Source: Bdellovibrionales bacterium (GTDB lineage: Bacteria > Bdellovibrionota > Bdellovibrionia > Bdellovibrionales > UBA840). From it: DNA of 64,000 nucleotides. Below the pieces are notes generated by a model. It was not told the origin of the DNA and searched no databases. It saw only the letters and a program-made list of their open reading frames with translations. The stretch is from the NCBI GenBank assembly GCA_045110695.1, contig JBGCGH010000002.1:9993-73992 (forward strand). Direction: 5' to 3'. A program made the translations under genes and the position numbers. Positions 1 through 6,112 of the stretch are shown here, piece by piece (the first letter of the stretch is position 1; each line of letters opens with the position of its first letter).

Positions 1-38
1 ATGAACTACAATGTGAATCGTGTTTAAAGAGGAAACGA

Positions 39-344
39 ATGGCTAAAGTATCAAAAATTGAACGCAATAAAAAGCGTATAGAAGCAGTAGCTCGAACTAG
101 AATGAAAAGGGCTGAATTGCGAAAAATTATCAAAAACCCCAATACGGGCTTTGATGAAAAAGAAATAGCTAAGAAAAAACTAACGAGCTTGCCTAGAATG
201 ACAATGGAAAATAGAGTAGTGAACCGTTGTGAAGTTACAGGTAGACCGCGTGGCTATTTAAGAAAGTTCAAAATGTCTAGAATAGCATTTAGAGAGCTGT
301 CTAATTCAGGCATGGTTCCCGGTGTGACCAAATCTAGCTGGTAA
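39..344 (+). CDS. rpsN: 30S ribosomal protein S14, 101-aa long (non-zinc) form
   Basis: The translation [13 protein letters not shown]...[25 protein letters not shown]...GVTKSSW is collinear with E. coli-type S14. It has one Cys and no CxxC pairs. An AGAGGA Shine-Dalgarno lies about 6 nt upstream of ATG 39. Confidence 0.9.
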   Translation: MAKVSKIERNKKRIEAVARTRMKRAELRKIIKNPNTGFDEKEIAKKKLTSLPRMTMENRVVNRCEVTGRPRGYLRKFKMSRIAFRELSNSGMVPGVTKSSW

Positions 345-369
345 TACGAGTTTCTTGAAATTTTGATTT

Positions 370-404
370 AAAAAAAGCCTTTTTTTTTAAAAAAGGCTTT
401 TTTT
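370..404. terminator. Bidirectional intrinsic terminator between convergent genes
   Basis: Sequence is A7-GCC-T9-A6-GGC-T7. The stem GCCUUUUUU/AAAAAAGGC has a UUU loop and is flanked by A and T runs. It lies 26 nt after the rpsN stop and overlaps the stop codon of the minus-strand ORF 403-1575. Confidence 0.7.
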
Positions 405-1575
405 ATGCAGCATCACCAACTAATTCATTCATTTCTGAAACTAAGTTGTTGTGATGAAAAGGTTTTAATATAATTCCTTGAGCACCAGTTTTCTCTAGCA
501 GTGATTTCCTATTCACCGCCTTCTCAGCAGTTAAAAATAGAAAAATAGGCGAGTAACCGAGTTTTTCATCTAAACTATTTTTTAGGTCAATACCATCCAT
601 CTCCTCCATGTTAACATCACAAATCACTAAGTCCGGTTTAACCAAATCCAAACGAGCCAAAGCCGATTCTGGATCGGAAAAATACTCGACCGATTCCTTT
701 GATAGCTTAGAACCGAATATATGCTTTGCTAAATTAATCATAGCGTGACTGTCATCCACAAAAAATATCTTTTTAAGCCCAAGAATTCGTTCGGAAAACA
801 TAATAGAAGCCTTGGCATCTCCTGAATCACTATGGTTTTCATGAATGCCTGCAACAAGCGAGTCTAAATTTTCAATTAAATTGTTATCTTTAATAATGAT
901 CTCGCCTGGATAGCCATTTAATTTGTCTAGTTTAGACCCGTCACTCGTAACAATTATAAAATTAGTTCTTTCGACCTTATTGCTAGCAATTTCATTGAAT
1001 GCATTAAAAAGCTCTACCCCACCAAAACTATTCAAGCTCGTAGATAATACAATCAGATCAAACTCCTCTAGAACAAGCCTCTTTAAACCCTCAAAGGCAT
1101 CTCTACAAAGTGCAACACTATAACCCTGCTTTTGTAGAGACTGTTTGTAGACTGTAGATAGAGATTTTGAGAATTCTAAAACTAAGCATTTTCTTTCTTC
1201 GACAACATTCTTGTCATGGACCAAGGCATTGAATTCTTGAATAATATCCGGCTCTAAATCTGTTCCAAAATTTTTTACATAGTTTCGAATCAAATCAACA
1301 AACTGAAAAAGAACTTCATTAACTGAGCTGTTTGCCATAGCTCGTTCATCGACGAGTAAATCTTCAAATCTATGACAAAGACTAGAAAAATCATTTAACA
1401 AATAACTTCCACTAGTTCCCTTCATAGAATGAATCAATGAAAGGGATTTGTGAATAGATGTTTTGTCAGCTTTTTTGTCATAGTCTAAGAAAAATAGCTC
1501 CAAATTATTTATCTGTTCCATTAACTCCATCAAATACTGTTGTTGTAACTTAAGAAATTCTTGATCTGTACCCAT
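403..1575 (-). CDS. HPt - pseudo-receiver - receiver phosphotransfer protein
   Basis: N-terminal HPt motif SLIHSMKGTSG (His49). The central receiver-like segment lacks the acidic pocket: VLEFS replaces DD, and LIVLSTS puts Ser178 at the phospho-Asp position, while IIVTSDG and IIIKD are retained. The C-terminal receiver is canonical (FFVDDS, LVICDVNMEEMDG, FLFLTAE, ILKPF). Confidence 0.75.
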   Translation of the reverse strand: MGTDQEFLKLQQQYLMELMEQINNLELFFLDYDKKADKTSIHKSLSLIHSMKGTSGSYLLNDFSSLCHRFEDLLVDERAMANSSVNEVLFQFVDLIRNYVKNFGTDLEPDIIQEFNALVHDKNVVEERKCLVLEFSKSLSTVYKQSLQKQGYSVALCRDAFEGLKRLVLEEFDLIVLSTSLNSFGGVELFNAFNEIASNKVERTNFIIVTSDGSKLDKLNGYPGEIIIKDNNLIENLDSLVAGIHENHSDSGDAKASIMFSERILGLKKIFFVDDSHAMINLAKHIFGSKLSKESVEYFSDPESALARLDLVKPDLVICDVNMEEMDGIDLKNSLDEKLGYSPIFLFLTAEKAVNRKSLLEKTGAQGIILKPFHHNNLVSEMNELVGDAA

Positions 1576-1576
1576 A

Positions 1577-1891
1577 TCAACTCACCTTCCACTTCGAATA
1601 AGACTCTTTTAATTCGTTCCAATGATCTATAATAAAAATATACTGTTCTTTTGTTGCTTCTAGATCTTCAGCATTACTAAAAATTTCTAACTTGAAGGCT
1701 AGATCACTTAAATCATTGAAACCGTAGCCACCAGAATCTCCTTTTAATGAGTGTGCAATGGAATTGATTTTAGAAAAATCTCCGTTGTTTACAGCTCTAC
1801 CAAGCTCCAACATATCCTTCTCCGTTAGATCCATAAAGCTAGGTAAAATCTCTTTAAGGTCTTCATTAAAAATAATCTTAAAATTACTCAT
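1577..1891 (-). CDS. Single-domain HPt phosphotransfer protein
   Basis: 104 aa with the HPt signature IAHSLKGDSGGYGF. It is packed with a 1-nt gap or direct abutment to its neighbours on the same strand. Confidence 0.75.
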   Translation of the reverse strand: MSNFKIIFNEDLKEILPSFMDLTEKDMLELGRAVNNGDFSKINSIAHSLKGDSGGYGFNDLSDLAFKLEIFSNAEDLEATKEQYIFIIDHWNELKESYSKWKVS

Positions 1892-2419
1892 TTACGCCGC
1901 CTTTTGCGAGAATTTAAATATAGAATTGATCAAATCACCTGTTTTAATGGGCTTGGTTAAATGTGCATCACAGCCTGCTTCAAAGATTTTTTGTTTTTCG
2001 CCCTTTAAAGCGAAAGCCGTTAAAGCGATGATTGGAACCGGTGGTATCTTATCCTGAGCCTCAAATTCTCTTATTTTGCTAGTTGCTGTATAGCCATCCC
2101 TAACTGGCATTTGCATATCCATTAAAACCAAATCAATATCACCTTTCTTAAACCTATTGAGTGCTTCAAGACCATTTTCACGGGCTATGATATTGACTTT
2201 TGATTTTGCTAGGAAGAATTTTACTAAATTACGATTTTTCTCAGAATCGTCAACTAAGAGAATCTTAAGCCCCTCCATGTTGAGTTCATCGTAGCTATAA
2301 CCGGTCAGGTCTATCCAAAATTCATTCACCTCATTCAAACAACCCTGTAGATTTAGGACTGCCAAAAGATCTTGGCTCGTATTAAAAAAAATAGAATAGT
2401 CGATATGCTTTGTTGCCAT
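1892..2419 (-). CDS. Receiver domain protein with an N-terminal PAS stub
   Basis: Residues 51-175 form a canonical receiver of the hybrid-kinase type (LLVDDSE, DLVLMDMQMPVRDG, IIALTA, HLTKPI). Residues about 8-47 (SIFFNTSQDLLAVLNLQGCLNEVNEFWIDLTGYSYDEL) read like the first third of a PAS domain only. Confidence 0.75.
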   Translation of the reverse strand: MATKHIDYSIFFNTSQDLLAVLNLQGCLNEVNEFWIDLTGYSYDELNMEGLKILLVDDSEKNRNLVKFFLAKSKVNIIARENGLEALNRFKKGDIDLVLMDMQMPVRDGYTATSKIREFEAQDKIPPVPIIALTAFALKGEKQKIFEAGCDAHLTKPIKTGDLINSIFKFSQKAA

Positions 2420-2556
2420 TACCCTAGTCTATCGGCTTCAAAACTACTTAGTATTACTAAGAAACTAAAAATTAACGTTTCATAATGAGTATTTTGATAA
2501 AACTTTAAATATGCCTATCTATTAGCCGATGGAAGTCTGTAGCTTAGGGAGCATTA

Positions 2557-3270
2557 ATGAAAAAAATCTTACTAGTGGAAGATTCTCAAAAAACACAAAG
2601 CTTGATAATCCATTCCTTAGGAAAAGACTTCCAGGTTTTTGTGGCTGAGACAGCTCCTGAAAGTCTTCACTACTGCAGAGCTGAATGTCCGGATTTAATA
2701 TTACTAGACATAAATCTTGGTACTGATTCTGGTTACTCCATATTAGATCAACTTAAAAGAAACGATTTAATCCAAGACACACCGGTTATCTTCTTAACGG
2801 AGGAAGAAAGCAAAGATAGTAAAGTACTAGCTTTTAATTTAGGAGCCGATGACTACATTACCAAGCCATTCAACCCAAAAGAACTTGATCTCAGAGTCCG
2901 AGCACGTCTAAAAGCCGATGGACAAGTACATAACAACGTACTTAAATTTCATAGCATACATATTAATACAAGCAAACTATCGGCCTATATAGATTTGCAA
3001 GAAAAAGGGAAACTAAACTTAGAACTATCACCTACCGAAATAAAATTACTGCAATTTTTTATTCAAAATGAAAACCAAGTTTTCTCAAGAGAGCAGATTT
3101 TTAATAAGGTTTGGGGCGACAAAACTAGCTATCTAGACAGAACTATTGATCGACATATTTCATCTCTTAGAAAAAAAGTAGGCAATTTTGGTAAATGCAT
3201 TCGTACAATCTACGGTGCAGGCTATATGTGGGACACTAGTTTAGTGGAGACTCAGTCATTTGTATCCTAG
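2557..3270 (+). CDS. OmpR/PhoB-family response regulator
   Basis: Receiver motifs are present (LLVEDS, LILLDINL, IFLTEE, YITKPF). The C-terminal winged helix follows (FSREQIFNKVWG...RTIDRHISSLRKKV...IRTIYGAGYMW). It is divergent from the HPt/receiver operon. Confidence 0.85.
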   Translation: MKKILLVEDSQKTQSLIIHSLGKDFQVFVAETAPESLHYCRAECPDLILLDINLGTDSGYSILDQLKRNDLIQDTPVIFLTEEESKDSKVLAFNLGADDYITKPFNPKELDLRVRARLKADGQVHNNVLKFHSIHINTSKLSAYIDLQEKGKLNLELSPTEIKLLQFFIQNENQVFSREQIFNKVWGDKTSYLDRTIDRHISSLRKKVGNFGKCIRTIYGAGYMWDTSLVETQSFVS

Positions 3271-3324
3271 ATCAAAAAAATGATTAAATAAGACCCAGTC
3301 ATAGCATATTATGGAATTCATTAA

Positions 3325-3888
3325 GATTTTAAGAACATATCGCCATTCGAAGATGGATTTTCTACGTTGAAACGACTAAAGTAGTCCATTAGATTCAAAC
3401 ACCTTCCGGTGGCTATGATCACTGGAACAAGTACTGAGAGAGATTTGAAAAAGGCACTTTCTCTAGGGGCTGAATCCTACATCATTAAGCCTTTTGAAGT
3501 ACAACATGTAATAGATGTAGTTAAAAAACTGATTCATAAAGAAGAAACAAAACAGAGTTACGATCTTTCGGTTAAATCTTCTAGCACTTTTGCGAAGGCC
3601 AAACTATCTAGTACTTCCAAAATCAAAGTCGTAAATATTACTGACTCTAGTTTAACTATACACACTGATATGGATTTAAAAGAAGATCACAACCTAGTTG
3701 TTGAATCGACAGTATTCGACAGGATGGGCTTCAAGTCACAGACGATGAAAATTTCTGATATTAAAAAGGAAGAAGATCATTATAGGGTTCGGCTCTTATA
3801 CAAAAATTTAGACCAGGAAAAGGTTCAAAAGATTAGAAATTGGATTCTTGGTCAAAAAAATAAAATACGTAAAGAAGTAGCATCCTAA
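3325..3888 (+). pseudogene. 5-prime-truncated, stop-interrupted receiver remnant fused to a degenerate PilZ-like barrel
   Basis: In the frame of the 3409 ORF the upstream sequence reads DFKNISPFEDGFSTLKRLK-TAG(3382-3384)-SIRFKHLPVAMITGTSTERDLKKALSLGAESYIIKPF. This is the middle and C-terminal half of a receiver with an in-frame stop. There is no room for beta1-beta3, since only about 55 nt follow the OmpR-type gene. No Shine-Dalgarno precedes GTG 3409. The C-terminal 100 aa has PilZ-like topology without RxxxR. Confidence 0.45.
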
Positions 3889-3927
3889 TTTTATTGATAA
3901 TATCCAAAAAAATGGTAATACAACTCT

Positions 3928-4509
3928 ATGAATCCTAAAAAAATAGTTTTAACTGGAGGGCCTGGTGGTGGAAAAACCACTGCGGCTGATTTAATCTCTA
4001 GAGATTTTAATGATCACATTGTAATTGTACCCGAGGCTGCGACAATACTATATTCGGGTGGATTCCCAAGGCGCTCAGATGATTTTTCAAGAAAAGCAGC
4101 TCAAACAAGTATTTATAATGTTCAAAAAAACTTAGAAGAGGTTCAGAGCATTCAAAGCCCTGATAAAATACTTTTTTGTGATCGAGGTGCCCTTGATTGT
4201 GCCGTCTATTGGCCTGACGGCCCTGATGACTTTTTTGAATGGGTCGGTACTACCCTTGAGGCAGAGCTAAATGCATTTGAAGCCGTAGTTTTTTTTGAAT
4301 CAGCCGCCGTCGGTGGATCTAAAATAGATAGTGGCAACCCTATCCGTAACGAAAACCTTGAGCAGGCGAAAATCCTTGATAAAAAGTTACGAGATATCTA
4401 TTCAAAACATAATAACTTCTATTTGATCGAACATCATGAAGTTTTCTTCGAAAAAATGAAGACAGCCTATGACTGTCTTCAACAGATTCTAAAAGATCTA
4501 TCGAGGTAA
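3928..4509 (+). CDS. Small P-loop ATPase (AAA_28/NadR-ATPase-like)
   Basis: Walker A LTGGPGGGKTT sits at the N-terminus. The length (193 aa) and layout resemble the AAA_28 family. Confidence 0.6.
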   Translation: MNPKKIVLTGGPGGGKTTAADLISRDFNDHIVIVPEAATILYSGGFPRRSDDFSRKAAQTSIYNVQKNLEEVQSIQSPDKILFCDRGALDCAVYWPDGPDDFFEWVGTTLEAELNAFEAVVFFESAAVGGSKIDSGNPIRNENLEQAKILDKKLRDIYSKHNNFYLIEHHEVFFEKMKTAYDCLQQILKDLSR

Positions 4510-4520
4510 AATCCATACCA

Positions 4521-5945
4521 TCAAGCATTGAAACAAGGATCTACTTCCTCACATCGCAGTACTTCCAGGTCCTTTACTTCTTGGTCTGATTTACCAAGAG
4601 CATCTCTAAGTGCTGTCCTTAAGCCCTCTTCAATGACTGGGTGATAAAATGGTAGGCTAAGGGCCTTTCTGAGATCTAAGTTCATTGAAATGGCCCAGGC
4701 TAGTAAATGAGCCAAATGTTCACCACTAGGAGCGAAAATCTCTGCACCCAAAATCACACCAGTTTTTTTCTCAGCATAAACCTCTAAAAGTCCTTTATTT
4801 TTTTGCTGAGTACGGGCTCGTCCTTGATCTTCAAAAGAAACCTCACCAACCACAAAATCCACTCCAGACTCTTCTATCTGCTGTTTACTTTGTCCAACAG
4901 TAGAAATATTGGGGTGGGAAAAGGTCACACCAATCATTGTTCGGCGTGCGAAGCATTGATCTTCAGCTCTAACGGCATTAAAACCTGCGATCCTTCCTTC
5001 ATCTGCTGCCTCATGAAGTAAGGGCCTTACCATATTAGCATCTCCCACTAGATACATATCAGATTCTAAAATCCGAAAAGTTTTTGAGTCGTAAGAAGGG
5101 ACACCTCTTTCATCTAGAGGAACATTAGCTGCTTCTAAATTTAAGGATTTAAAATTAGGACTGCGACCGATAGCAACCAGAACATTGTCCACTTTTTTCT
5201 CAATCCCATCACCTGATCGGAGAATTACTTTATCACCCTCTCTACCAACAACATCCACTCCGGTAAAATTAGCATTTAGTTCTTTAGCAAAATAATCTGC
5301 TGCGTAGGCGTTTATAGTTTTACTGGATAATCCAGCGATCGTCTTACCTCTGGAATAAGCATGAACCTCTAGGTTCAAATTCTTTAAAGCCTGGCCAAGC
5401 TCTAGTCCAATTACTCCCAAACCAATCACAGCCCAACTACCTTCAATATTTTCTAATTCAAAAAAATTATCGGTAGTGTGTAGCTGGGACTGATACTCTC
5501 GCCAAGGGCCGGGCATAATTGGTTTTGTTCCTATGGCAATTACTGCTTTTTTAAAACGATATTCTTTGTCACCTGCTTTTAGCGTATTTCTTCCAGTAAA
5601 CTCAATAAATTCATTTACAAATTTATCTGACTGCCAAGACTCCATTCCTCTTTTTACGCTTCCCGTAAAGTAATCTCTTAACTCTCTGGTCCTCGCCATT
5701 GCCTTATTAACATCAACATCATAAGTAACATCTTTTTTCAAAAATTGACGTCCCAACTCAAAAGAATGAAACTTATCGGCAAGCTCTATCAATGCTTTGG
5801 ATGGCATACAACCCACTCTGGCACAAGTTGTACCCAAAGGACCCCCATCAAAAACCAAGTAACTATCTGATTTTTTAGCAATTTCCCTTCTAGCGGCCAA
5901 GCCCGCGCTTCCAGCACCAATTATAGCAACATCAATCTCTATCAT
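4521..5945 (-). CDS. Dihydrolipoyl dehydrogenase-family flavoprotein disulfide oxidoreductase (orphan paralogue)
   Basis: FAD fold VAIIGAGSAGLAA, redox disulfide GTTCARVGCMPSK, NAD fold AVIGLGVIGLELG, and a C-terminal dimerisation region with FYHPVIEE. Confidence 0.75.
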   Translation of the reverse strand: MIEIDVAIIGAGSAGLAARREIAKKSDSYLVFDGGPLGTTCARVGCMPSKALIELADKFHSFELGRQFLKKDVTYDVDVNKAMARTRELRDYFTGSVKRGMESWQSDKFVNEFIEFTGRNTLKAGDKEYRFKKAVIAIGTKPIMPGPWREYQSQLHTTDNFFELENIEGSWAVIGLGVIGLELGQALKNLNLEVHAYSRGKTIAGLSSKTINAYAADYFAKELNANFTGVDVVGREGDKVILRSGDGIEKKVDNVLVAIGRSPNFKSLNLEAANVPLDERGVPSYDSKTFRILESDMYLVGDANMVRPLLHEAADEGRIAGFNAVRAEDQCFARRTMIGVTFSHPNISTVGQSKQQIEESGVDFVVGEVSFEDQGRARTQQKNKGLLEVYAEKKTGVILGAEIFAPSGEHLAHLLAWAISMNLDLRKALSLPFYHPVIEEGLRTALRDALGKSDQEVKDLEVLRCEEVDPCFNA

Positions 5946-6112
5946 TTAAACACCTTTTTAAGATTTACTTCTATAGGTTACAGACGACACAGAAATCTTA
6001 CAAGGATTCTAAGAAACAATAGACTATGATGGATGAAATAGAATGCATCAAGTTGTGCCGTAGTTATGAACAATTAAGCACGGGCATTTACAAAATTGTT
6101 ACAGCAACAAGT

